Shown here piece after piece: positions 9,103-17,630 of a stretch of DNA of 60,209 nt; the stretch's first letter is position 1, and every line of letters begins with the position of its first letter. The stretch is taken from assembly GCA_017628735.1 (NCBI GenBank), contig JAGBYO010000136.1, forward strand, positions 1-60,209. Reading direction: 5' to 3'. Made by a program: the position numbers and the translations under genes. Origin of the DNA: Alistipes sp. (GTDB taxonomy: Bacteria > Bacteroidota > Bacteroidia > Bacteroidales > Rikenellaceae). The notes beneath the pieces are model-generated. The model ran no database searches. It was not told the origin of the DNA and worked only from the letters and a program-made list of their open reading frames with translations.

Positions 9103-10065
9103 TTAGGCGAAGTCGGCACGCACCACGATGCCCTCATCAAGAATCTCGCAACCCATAAGGAACGAGGCACGCTGACGGTTCTCCATCTCATCGGGGTTGT
9201 ACCACATACGAATCTCGGCACTAGGGTCGTCGGCAGTATTTACCGCAAGCACAAGGTTGCGGCTGTCGGTGAGGAAGCAGAGCGTAGAGCACTCCACAGA
9301 CTCACGAGGCAAGAACTGCGAAATACCCATATCGACGATGCGGATGCCGTGGTAGTGGAGCTCACGACGACCTGTGGTCATATCGGTATACGCTGCATCT
9401 GCGCCAAACTTATCGAGATACTGCTCATAGAAGTCCACAATGTCGGATGTACAGAAGAATGTGAGGTGGCCCTCGCTCTTAAGAGCCTTGAGCTCGGGGG
9501 ATGCGGCACTCCACAACTTCTCAAAGAGTTCTACCACGCAGTCGGCAGTCAAAGGCTTGTCGATAAAGTCAATAGAGTTCATCGTAGAGTAGTTGTAGAT
9601 GCGTACAAGCAGACCATCAATAAGGTTCAAATCGTCGGCATTGGTGTCGCCCACCCACATCATAGTGCGGATGCTCTCGGCAATCGATGCACGGAAAAGC
9701 TCTGTTTCGGCCTGCTCAAGCTCAGTACCCGTAAGGTCATCGAGGCTGACATCTGCACGGCCTACGATATGCTCATAAATCTGGTTGAAGTAGTCTTCTG
9801 CCGAGAAGCCCACCTCGGCCTTCATCTTGACCATCTCGATTTGCTTCTGCTCGCGTACAGCGCTATTGCCACCTGTCCAGCCCGAGCTATAGGCCTGCAA
9901 GACATTTTTGCGAGGACTCCAGAGCTGCACCGTAGTAGGCATAGGCATATTGTACAGCACACGAATACCGAGCTCAGCGGCACTCTCACCCTTAAACATT
10001 GGACGGAAAAAGATGGTCTCGATATCACGATTTGTGTATCGCTTGGGGCTTTCAATCATTCCCAT
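9103..10065 (-). CDS. Major capsid protein (HK97-like, inferred)
   Basis: 320 aa immediately downstream of prohead protease; MWVGDT...DGLL motif; A-rich initiation region. Confidence 0.7.
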   Translation of the reverse strand: MGMIESPKRYTNRDIETIFFRPMFKGESAAELGIRVLYNMPMPTTVQLWSPRKNVLQAYSSGWTGGNSAVREQKQIEMVKMKAEVGFSAEDYFNQIYEHIVGRADVSLDDLTGTELEQAETELFRASIAESIRTMMWVGDTNADDLNLIDGLLVRIYNYSTMNSIDFIDKPLTADCVVELFEKLWSAASPELKALKSEGHLTFFCTSDIVDFYEQYLDKFGADAAYTDMTTGRRELHYHGIRIVDMGISQFLPRESVECSTLCFLTDSRNLVLAVNTADDPSAEIRMWYNPDEMENRQRASFLMGCEILDEGIVVRADFA

Positions 10066-10120
10066 AGTAGTAAAAATTTTAAGTTGTTAAAAAATAGGTT
10101 AAGATTTTTTGTATTGTGTT

Positions 10121-11275
10121 TTAGCGTCGACGCATCGAACGAGCATCACGCTCATAGGCAAGCATACGCTCATCGTGTGGTGCATCAATAGGCGATGGGT
10201 CATCCTTGGCCTTTACAGCCGTAGGCTTTGCACTCTTCTGCCCATCGTCGAGGGCAATAAGCGAACCTTCGCCAGATGCCACGGGTAGTGAGTCATAGTG
10301 TGGAATATAGTTGATGTCGTCGTCGACATCGGGTGTCGAGTCGATACCTATGGCTTTGAGCAGAGCTTTTACGCCTCGCATAGCCTTTACGCCAAAGCTA
10401 TCCTCCTCTGTCGTCGACTCCGTAGCTGTGGGGATAAGTCTATCGACAAGCTTTTCGGCGATAGCCTCATCGGGCGCAAGCCAGCGGCCACGGCCACCAT
10501 TTGCCGACATCAGCACCTCAATCTCTTCTACCGCTCGGCCTGAGCGCTCGGCATAGATGGCGGCCAAGCGACGGTCGGTCTGGCGAAGCATATCGACCTC
10601 GGCCTGAAGCTCCTCGGCATTGCCTTCGGTCGAGCATAGCGAGTTGTGGATAAGATAGAGTGACGAGGGTGCCATCTCGCGACAACCCTCCGAGGCGGCT
10701 TGTGCTACGATGGTAGCTGCCGAGGCTGTATAGCCGTAGCAGCGTGTGGTGATGTGGGCACCTGTGGCGCGCAGAGCCTCATAGATAAGCAGGGCATCGT
10801 TGACATCGCCACCAGTAGAGCGGATATTGACCACTATACTTGCATTGCTGAGGTCGGCAATCTTGGCCACACTCTCACGGAAGCGTTCGTAGGTCGCCAC
10901 TCGACTTTCGGGATTGTCGAACTGCCACTCCTCCGAGAGGCCTATCGTGCCCTCAATGTCGATTGTGGCACACTCGGCCTCGTTTCTGATTTTGATTACT
11001 GAGTTCATTGTAGGTTGATTTTTAAGGATTTTTTGTTGCTCATAGACCGCCTGTCGCACCTTCTCGTAGGAGCACGAGAAGGCTACGGCAGCCTCCGACA
11101 TCGCCCGACAACGACCCACACCAGGCACTGCGTGCTGAGCGACGAAGTGCGAGATAGCCATACGCTCGAGGCGAACGATGTCGACCATAGAGTGACGAGT
11201 GAGCATTGCAATGAGGCGTTCATATCGACGGTCGCGTGAGGTAATGGTGGGTGTTTGGCGAATAGAGGTAGTCAT
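10121..11275 (-). CDS. ClpP-type (S14) prohead protease/scaffold with in-frame ~89-aa N-terminal HTH-like segment; probable internal start at 11008
   Basis: INIRSTGGDV, ASAAT (Ser), LIHN (His), WLAPDEAI..KLVD; A-rich tract before ATG 11008. Confidence 0.8.
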   Translation of the reverse strand: MTTSIRQTPTITSRDRRYERLIAMLTRHSMVDIVRLERMAISHFVAQHAVPGVGRCRAMSEAAVAFSCSYEKVRQAVYEQQKILKNQPTMNSVIKIRNEAECATIDIEGTIGLSEEWQFDNPESRVATYERFRESVAKIADLSNASIVVNIRSTGGDVNDALLIYEALRATGAHITTRCYGYTASAATIVAQAASEGCREMAPSSLYLIHNSLCSTEGNAEELQAEVDMLRQTDRRLAAIYAERSGRAVEEIEVLMSANGGRGRWLAPDEAIAEKLVDRLIPTATESTTEEDSFGVKAMRGVKALLKAIGIDSTPDVDDDINYIPHYDSLPVASGEGSLIALDDGQKSAKPTAVKAKDDPSPIDAPHDERMLAYERDARSMRRR

Positions 11276-11290
11276 AGAGTGAGTTAAAGG

Positions 11291-13615
11291 TTAATCGTTA
11301 AATGTTCGTAAGAAACGGCAGCGTGCCGTGTGGTGCTCGGTGTCGTAAGCCTCTACCGAGAGCAGACGAAAGAGTGAGGATTGGCCACCCACCACGAGGC
11401 GGAAGAGTGAGCGAATGGTAGCACCTGAGCTCGAGGGGTCAAAGAGGGCGCGATACTCGTCGGCGTCGATGTGTAGCGTAAGCTCAACAACCTCCCTCTC
11501 AGCCCACTCCTTAAGCTCTGTGTCGTAGTAGCGATGCAGACCCTCTAGACCGTCGCCATCGCTAAACGAGAGGCTCTCGCCAAGCTCGATGTTGTGAAAT
11601 GCAGCGTGGGGGTACGCCGACCTCACCACGGGCGATGCCCACCACTCGCCCTCCGGAAGCTCAACCATTCCAGTATAGAGCACCACACGCGGGGTTAGAC
11701 CCTCGTCGTAGAGGCTATCGCGATTGCCAGCCGTAAGCACCTCGGCCGAGGGTGCCGACGGGGCGAAGTCACGAATAGAGGCAGTGGGAGCAAAGAGTGA
11801 GTTTATGATGGTGTGCTCCGCATACTTCGCCGCATAGCCTGGGTTGTGGTGGCTCCAACTGCCAGGCTCCGAGCCCAACTGCTCCTTGAGTCGACTTATT
11901 ACACCATCGCCCGCCTGATACTTCAGCGTCGTTGTAGCATAGCTCTGCGTAGCCCCCTCGTCAAGCACCACCCCATCATCAACCTGCCTTGCTCGCCAAT
12001 CGACAATCGTCCCCGAGTAGAAATCGTCGTACGGCTCAATAAAGAGGCGCTTCGATGGAGCATGCGAATAGATGCGAAGGTTGAACATCTGTTGTAGCGC
12101 CTGAAGCAGCGTAGTGAGCGATATATCGTGGTGGGTGATATCCTTCCACACGACACTCTCGCCATAACCTGCCACTCCACCAAAGATTGGTGTTACATAG
12201 CAACCACTATGGAGCGTGAGAGTCTGACCCTCCGTAGCACCACCAAAGAAGATGTCGTTGAAGCGCTTGGGCGAGGTGGGCGTATAGCGCTCATACGACG
12301 AGCGAACATCTATCTCGACTGTGCGACGGCCTATGGGCTCAACATAACCATCGTAGAGTGCCCAATCGCCACTATATGGGCTCAAGGCATTAGAGCCTTT
12401 CTCGCTCTGGAAGAGCATTACCGATGAGCCTACACCTTTGGGGAAGGTAACGGTTGTTACGGCCTCCGTAATTCTGCCATAACCCTGCAAGGTATAATCC
12501 ATCTCGGGGTCGAAGTCGAAGATATAGAGATTGTACTCTATTTGCGGATATACCGTATGACGATGGTCAATGTAGGGATTATTGAGCTTGAGTTCCACTT
12601 CACAGCCTGTTCCGATGTTTACCCTATCGAAGCCCTGCAGAAACTTACTCGATGCTATGCGATAATCGGTCGTAAAGCGCAGATGATAATCAAATGCTAC
12701 GCTAATATCACGCTTGGGGCGAAATATAGGTCGACCCTCCTCGAAACTAAAGCAACCGCCATTGGTGTAGGCATCACCCACCATGACACCATCGTCGGTG
12801 AGTGCCGCTGGATTGATTGTGTCTACTATAGCTCCCACATTCGATGCCATAGCTGGCTCCCAAACATATACTCTTCCATCCTCGCCTGCTGTGGCTGTCG
12901 TCGTCTTTAGGCGATAAGCCTTAAAGCCCATTGTGGCTTGAGCCGTAGCACTCTCTACCTTGGGCCATGCGCCACTCATCATCAGTCGACTGAACTTTTC
13001 CGAGCGCATAAAGTTACTCTCAAGCTTATACCCCGCCCTCTCAACAAGGCTCTCGATGATGGGTAGAACCGCGATAAAGGGGTGATAGTTGTGGGGCATC
13101 AATGTACGCTGCTCGACAAAGAGCCCCGTCATTGCAGGCTCAGGATAACTATCGCGCCATAGGGGAAGAAAGCGCACTAGGCTATCATCGCTCCACGACT
13201 CAGCAATTCCTGAGAGTGACATTACACCGCGGTAGTCAATATCCATCTGGCTGAGTTTTGTTGTAGCAGCCATCTCTGCCCACTCCGCACCACCACTACG
13301 AATACGCACTCTATAGGTTGTACCTCGATGGTCGATGTCCACTCCCAAAAGTATTGCTAAGCCCTCAAAAAGAGTCACACCATCAACCTCTATTTGGGCA
13401 GGATGATACGATAAGTTGAAACGCTCACGGCGATAGATATTTGCCCCATCTTGAAAGAGAGCATCGGTCATATCCACCGAGGCCACACGAAGGTCGATAT
13501 CTGCCTCCTCGCGCCAAGCATCGATACTCTCTAAACGCTTTACATTGAATGTGGGAAGCTCTGGCTCACGACCCACAATCGGACATACCACACCATCGAT
13601 TATAAGGCGCTTCAT
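11291..13615 (-). CDS. Phage tail-tip/baseplate hub-like protein
   Basis: Pattern of Bacteroidetes phage tail proteins (FN...LFEG...Y; MFNLRI...LFIEPYDDFY...DW); ATGA-coupled to upstream gene at 13615. Confidence 0.55.
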   Translation of the reverse strand: MKRLIIDGVVCPIVGREPELPTFNVKRLESIDAWREEADIDLRVASVDMTDALFQDGANIYRRERFNLSYHPAQIEVDGVTLFEGLAILLGVDIDHRGTTYRVRIRSGGAEWAEMAATTKLSQMDIDYRGVMSLSGIAESWSDDSLVRFLPLWRDSYPEPAMTGLFVEQRTLMPHNYHPFIAVLPIIESLVERAGYKLESNFMRSEKFSRLMMSGAWPKVESATAQATMGFKAYRLKTTTATAGEDGRVYVWEPAMASNVGAIVDTINPAALTDDGVMVGDAYTNGGCFSFEEGRPIFRPKRDISVAFDYHLRFTTDYRIASSKFLQGFDRVNIGTGCEVELKLNNPYIDHRHTVYPQIEYNLYIFDFDPEMDYTLQGYGRITEAVTTVTFPKGVGSSVMLFQSEKGSNALSPYSGDWALYDGYVEPIGRRTVEIDVRSSYERYTPTSPKRFNDIFFGGATEGQTLTLHSGCYVTPIFGGVAGYGESVVWKDITHHDISLTTLLQALQQMFNLRIYSHAPSKRLFIEPYDDFYSGTIVDWRARQVDDGVVLDEGATQSYATTTLKYQAGDGVISRLKEQLGSEPGSWSHHNPGYAAKYAEHTIINSLFAPTASIRDFAPSAPSAEVLTAGNRDSLYDEGLTPRVVLYTGMVELPEGEWWASPVVRSAYPHAAFHNIELGESLSFSDGDGLEGLHRYYDTELKEWAEREVVELTLHIDADEYRALFDPSSSGATIRSLFRLVVGGQSSLFRLLSVEAYDTEHHTARCRFLRTFND

Positions 13616-14580
13616 AGCCCACCCCCTTTCCACTCCTCGACGATGTCGAGCGATAGGCGTTGCAATGCGCCATGGTCGTCGTAGCCAATCTCGCGGCGAG
13701 CCAAGCTATGAGGAATAATCTTGCCTTGATACTCCTCATATATGTATGGCGAGCAGATAATCTCGGCCAATCGCTCCTGTTCCGAGCTAGAGAGCGTTGC
13801 AGATGTTAGGCGCTCAATGCTCTCAGCACCATTGAGCCAAGCGCGACTGCCCTCTGTCGTTGCTATGGTCGTCACATCAGCCTTACGACTCACTGAGCGC
13901 GAGTGCGAAAAGGCATAGCTCTCAATACCTCCACGACTATTGTACCACAGAAGCGTTCGTGAGGTTGATGAACGCTCAACAATTTGATACTCATACAACT
14001 CTTTTACAAGGCCATTAGTTATTGCAACCTCTATCTTTTCGGCAGACGCCGAAAGTGAAGTGAGCGGTATCACAACTTCGACGGGCATCGAACTACCACT
14101 AAACTGCACGCTCTCCACAACGCGGATACGCCCTCTAATCGACTCATGAATCACCACACTAAGAACCTTCACAGCATTTACCGTAAAGCGTAGCGTATCT
14201 CCTAAGGCAACACCATTTTCGTGTGTCATTGTCGAAAGGATTTGGTGCTCATTAGCCAAAAAGGGGGCTCGAAAGAGCAACAAATCGGGGGATGCCACAC
14301 CCTCAACCTCGACCACTACATGACACAATGAAGGCGAGACAACAATTGTGGGCGAGCTTGCAATCGGCGGCTCAAGACTCACACTGCGACGGATAATCGA
14401 GGATATATCAACTGTCGCCTCTGTTACAGAGTAGAGCCGCATCTCGCCTAAAATAGCACCTGTGTCTACATCTCGCACAACTACCACAACATCGCTCGGT
14501 TGTTCAAGTTCGGTGGAGAATGAGTAGAGGAGCTTATCGTTCCACGATGCACCATTTTTTGGAATGTTTGTAAACTTCAT
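13612..14580 (-). CDS. Phage distal-tail-like structural protein
   Basis: Beta-rich; C-terminal WYNSRGGIESYAF...LAEIICSPYIY pattern typical of the gene preceding the hub in Bacteroidetes phage tail modules. Confidence 0.5.
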   Translation of the reverse strand: MKFTNIPKNGASWNDKLLYSFSTELEQPSDVVVVVRDVDTGAILGEMRLYSVTEATVDISSIIRRSVSLEPPIASSPTIVVSPSLCHVVVEVEGVASPDLLLFRAPFLANEHQILSTMTHENGVALGDTLRFTVNAVKVLSVVIHESIRGRIRVVESVQFSGSSMPVEVVIPLTSLSASAEKIEVAITNGLVKELYEYQIVERSSTSRTLLWYNSRGGIESYAFSHSRSVSRKADVTTIATTEGSRAWLNGAESIERLTSATLSSSEQERLAEIICSPYIYEEYQGKIIPHSLARREIGYDDHGALQRLSLDIVEEWKGGGL

Positions 14581-14856
14581 AAGTTAAATAGTTTAATTAG
14601 AAATAGACAAAAGAGCGGGAGGGTCGCCGAGCAAGCCGAGAATGGTCTTGCTTATCTACCACTGGGGGTGTGGCAACATGAGAAATATTTGTTAGGAATT
14701 TTGTTGATAAGGTGTCAAAAAACGATAATATAACTACTTTAGCACCTTATTATTAAATGATTACGAATGTCGATAACGCCACGACAACTTTTGTTGATAG
14801 TGTCGATAATATCAGATTTGCGACCCTCCATTGGGTAGGATTAAGAGGCGTTTGAC
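14581..14856 (-). promoter_or_regulatory. Long structured 5' leader of the phage-derived operon
   Basis: Perfect 10-bp IR GGAGGGTCGC (14618-14627) / GCGACCCTCC (14820-14829); inner IR ATAAGGTG/CACCTTAT; four TGTYGATA boxes. Confidence 0.5.
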
Positions 14857-14860
14857 GGTA

Positions 14861-14892
14861 CAAATATACAACATGAAAATGCGTTTGTCAAG
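14861..14892 (-). promoter_or_regulatory. Host-type promoter facing the phage-derived operon
   Basis: CTTG (14892-14889), 20-nt spacer, TATATTTG (14868-14861). Confidence 0.6.
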
Positions 14893-14990
14893 AGTTTAAG
14901 TTAAATTTTTTGCATTTATTTTTCATGACAAAATACAACTATTTAACCAATAGCAAATTAACCCTTGTATGAAAATTGAAAATTTTTCGT

Positions 14991-14998
14991 TATATTTG
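14991..14998 (+). promoter_or_regulatory. -7 promoter element for prfA
   Basis: TATATTTG matches TAnnTTTG. Confidence 0.6.
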
Positions 14999-15026
14999 CG
15001 CGAGTTAATAACTTACTTAGGAAAGG

Positions 15027-15220
15027 AAGGTAGGTTCTATAAATTAGTTCGAGTTGATTTTGAAGAGTATTTTGAGGATATTTCTCATTTATTACGGAGG
15101 GCGCAATGCGAGCATTGTAACCGAGCAAAAATGAGAAAGAGCCCAAAATAAATTCAAAAGCAACCGAAATAGAACCAACCGACAACGAAAACTTGATTAC
15201 TAATTTATAGAACATACCTT
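15027..15220. repeat. Palindromic element family A, copy 2 (prfA 5' UTR)
   Basis: IR AAGGTAGGTTCTATAAATTAGT / ACTAATTTATAGAACATACCTT; homologous to 2801-2996. Confidence 0.85.
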
Positions 15221-15222
15221 TT

Positions 15223-16308
15223 ATGGCAGATAATTCGATACTAATTCGCCTTGATGGTCTTAAGCTCAAGTACGAGGAGATTGGTCAGAAGTTGACCGAC
15301 CCCGAGGTGATTGCCGATGTCAAGCAGTTTGTGCAGCTCACCAAAGAGTACAAGGAGTTGGAGCCTATCGTAGAGACCTCTGACCGCTTCCGCACCGCCC
15401 TTGCCAATCTCGCCGAGGCAAAGGATGTCCTTGCCAACGAGAAGGACGAGGAGTTCCGCGAGATTGCACGCGAGGAGGTGGCAACGCTTGAGCCCGCTAT
15501 CGAGAAGATGGAGGAGGAGATTAAGCTCTTGCTTATACCCAAAGACCCCCAGGACGACAAGAACGCTATCGTCGAGATTCGTGGTGGTACGGGTGGCGAC
15601 GAGGCAGCAATCTTCGCAGGCGACTTGTTGCGTATGTATACCAAGTATATCGAGTCGAAGGGCTGGCGCTACGAGATTACCTCATCGTCGGAGGGTGCTG
15701 CAGGTGGCTACAAGGAGGTTGTCCTCAAGGTTACGGGCAACGCCGTTTATGGCACCTTGAAGTATGAGTCGGGCGTGCACCGTGTTCAGCGTGTGCCCCA
15801 GACCGAGACACAGGGTCGTGTCCACACCTCAGCAGCGTCGGTGGCTGTATTGCCCGAGGCTGAGGAGTTCGATATCGAGATTTCGATGAACGACATCCGC
15901 AAGGATATCTTCTGTGCATCGGGTCCTGGTGGCCAGTCGGTGAACACCACCTACTCGGCTATCCGCCTTACGCACATCCCCACAGGTATCGTCGTGCAGT
16001 GTCAGGACCAGAAGTCACAGCTCAAGAACTTCGACAAGGCGTTCGAGGAGTTGCGTACCCGTGTCTTCAACCTCGAGTACTCGAAGTACCTCGACGAGAT
16101 TGCATCGAAGCGTAAGACGATGGTATCGACGGGTGACCGCTCGGCGAAGATTCGTACCTACAACTATCCTCAGGGCCGTATCACCGACCACCGCATCAAC
16201 TACACCATCTACAACCTCTCAGCATTTATGGACGGCGACATTCAGGATGTCATCGACCAGCTCATCGTAGCCGAGAATGCCGAGCGTTTGAAGGAGTCAG
16301 AGTTGTAG
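15223..16308 (+). CDS. prfA: Peptide chain release factor 1
   Basis: ESGVHRVQRVPQTE (PxT), GPGGQ, RTYNYPQGR. Confidence 0.97.
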   Translation: MADNSILIRLDGLKLKYEEIGQKLTDPEVIADVKQFVQLTKEYKELEPIVETSDRFRTALANLAEAKDVLANEKDEEFREIAREEVATLEPAIEKMEEEIKLLLIPKDPQDDKNAIVEIRGGTGGDEAAIFAGDLLRMYTKYIESKGWRYEITSSSEGAAGGYKEVVLKVTGNAVYGTLKYESGVHRVQRVPQTETQGRVHTSAASVAVLPEAEEFDIEISMNDIRKDIFCASGPGGQSVNTTYSAIRLTHIPTGIVVQCQDQKSQLKNFDKAFEELRTRVFNLEYSKYLDEIASKRKTMVSTGDRSAKIRTYNYPQGRITDHRINYTIYNLSAFMDGDIQDVIDQLIVAENAERLKESEL

Positions 16309-16341
16309 GGAGTGGATAGCACAAAATAGGCTAATAGCAAG

Positions 16342-16377
16342 GCGGCCACTCCCCGAGAGGAGAGGTCGCTTTTTTTA
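16342..16377 (+). terminator. Probable terminator after prfA
   Basis: Imperfect GC stem GCGGCC.CTCC / GGAG.GGTCGC plus T run. Confidence 0.55.
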
Positions 16378-16389
16378 TACCGCAAAGAG

Positions 16390-16815
16390 ATGAAAGCGCT
16401 AAAATACATACTTCTCGTCGTAGTCCTGCTCACCGCCGTGGGTGCCTCAGCTGACTACCCTGAGCGTGGCGATTTGGCACGAAAGAAGCAGAAGACGATG
16501 ACCGTCAAGGAGTGGAAGACAACGCCCGATGGTCGCAACCGCTGGATCGACCACACCGAGACCTACAATGCTAAGGGACAGATGATTGCCGAAGCCGAGT
16601 ATAGCGACTTTGGTCGTCGTATGGCATGGCGCTCCGAGCTCTCGTACAACGAGAAGGGTCAGCTTACGAGGGTCGTTATCTACAACGAGCGCAACAAGGT
16701 CGACAAGGTGCGCAAGTACGAATACGACGAGAATGGCGTATGCGTTCGCCGCCTCAATTATCAGGCAAATGGCGTGCTGAGCTCCTACCGCGATTTTGAG
16801 TTTAGTTACGAATAG
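16390..16815 (+). CDS. Secreted protein with YD-like beta-hairpin repeats
   Basis: Signal peptide; repeats YNAKGQ, YNEKGQ, YDENG. Confidence 0.6.
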   Translation: MKALKYILLVVVLLTAVGASADYPERGDLARKKQKTMTVKEWKTTPDGRNRWIDHTETYNAKGQMIAEAEYSDFGRRMAWRSELSYNEKGQLTRVVIYNERNKVDKVRKYEYDENGVCVRRLNYQANGVLSSYRDFEFSYE

Positions 16816-16817
16816 CG

Positions 16818-17630
16818 ATGCAGAGGGCGCAACTGACATACGACGAGCTAAATGCTCTCGAGGTGTGGCAACGGATGTCGCCCATCACGCTTGACGAGAT
16901 GCGTGGCGTGAAGCTTATGAACCGCATCGACACGAAGTATGTGCTTACCGAAGATGAGGTCGTTCGCTTCTTGGAGTTGGCGGCAGACGAGGGCTACCGC
17001 GTACAGCAGATAGGCTCGGTGCGTGCTGCGCGCTACGATACGCTCTACTACGACACCGAGGAGCGAGCGATGTATATCGCCCATCACAACCAGCAGCTTA
17101 CGCGCCAGAAGATACGCGCCCGAACATATGTCGATGGCGGTGGCTCATTTGTCGAGGTCAAGAACAAGAGCAACCGTGGCCGTACACGCAAGGTGCGTGT
17201 GGCGATTGCCGAGAGCGAGGTTGACAACTACCGCCTCAATGCCGAGGCACGCCGTTTTGTCGAGGAGAACGCCCGCTACACAGAGGAGTCGTTGATGCCC
17301 TCGTTGCGCACCCGCTTTGTGCGTATCACACTGGTAAACAGCACCCTCACGGAGCGACTCACCATCGACCTATGCCTAACCTCTGAGGATGTCCGCACCG
17401 CTACAACTGCCAAGATTGAGCGTATGGCAATCCTCGAACTCAAGCAGGATGGTCGCACACGCTCAACCGCCAAACAACTACTTCTCACTATGCGCATTGC
17501 ACCCCTCAAGGTGAGCAAATATTGCATCGGCACAGCACTTACGGTCGAGGGCATCAAGCGCAACCGCTTCGAAGAGAAACTACGATTTATAGATAAACAG
17601 CTAAATAGAGACAATTATGATAAGATTTGA
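16818..17630 (+). CDS. VTC (polyphosphate polymerase, CYTH/TTM fold) domain protein
   Basis: LMNRIDTKY, YDTLYYDT, RQKIRARTY, FVEVK, RITLV...ERLTID, ILELK, SKYCIG. Confidence 0.85.
   Translation: MQRAQLTYDELNALEVWQRMSPITLDEMRGVKLMNRIDTKYVLTEDEVVRFLELAADEGYRVQQIGSVRAARYDTLYYDTEERAMYIAHHNQQLTRQKIRARTYVDGGGSFVEVKNKSNRGRTRKVRVAIAESEVDNYRLNAEARRFVEENARYTEESLMPSLRTRFVRITLVNSTLTERLTIDLCLTSEDVRTATTAKIERMAILELKQDGRTRSTAKQLLLTMRIAPLKVSKYCIGTALTVEGIKRNRFEEKLRFIDKQLNRDNYDKI

Larger units (their letters stand above)
6555..14580 (-). other. Phage-derived virion/lysis operon lacking packaging, integration and replication genes (GTA-like or domesticated remnant)
   Basis: Eight co-oriented, intact, tightly packed phage-type ORFs between galE and prfA. 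Confidence 0.75.

Noticed and set aside
9349-10191. 280-aa plus-strand ORF, and similar long antisense ORFs (17587-18363, 19727-20446, 25166-25948, 33990-34865, 35801-36553, 51437-52078)
   Set aside because: Shadow frames opposite well-supported genes, with no recognisable motifs
6555-14580. Intact inducible prophage or PICI-type satellite
   Set aside because: No integrase, repressor, primase/replication or terminase genes, and no att-like direct repeats seen
14581-14990. Firm oriC call
   Set aside because: The boxes are imperfect, no dnaA is nearby and no evident skew inversion; kept only as a hypothesis
14958-15269. Small ORFs over the prfA upstream region
   Set aside because: They run through the promoter and the family A palindrome; no coding signal
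15223-16308. prfB-type programmed frameshift
   Set aside because: The ORF is continuous and has the RF1 PxT motif
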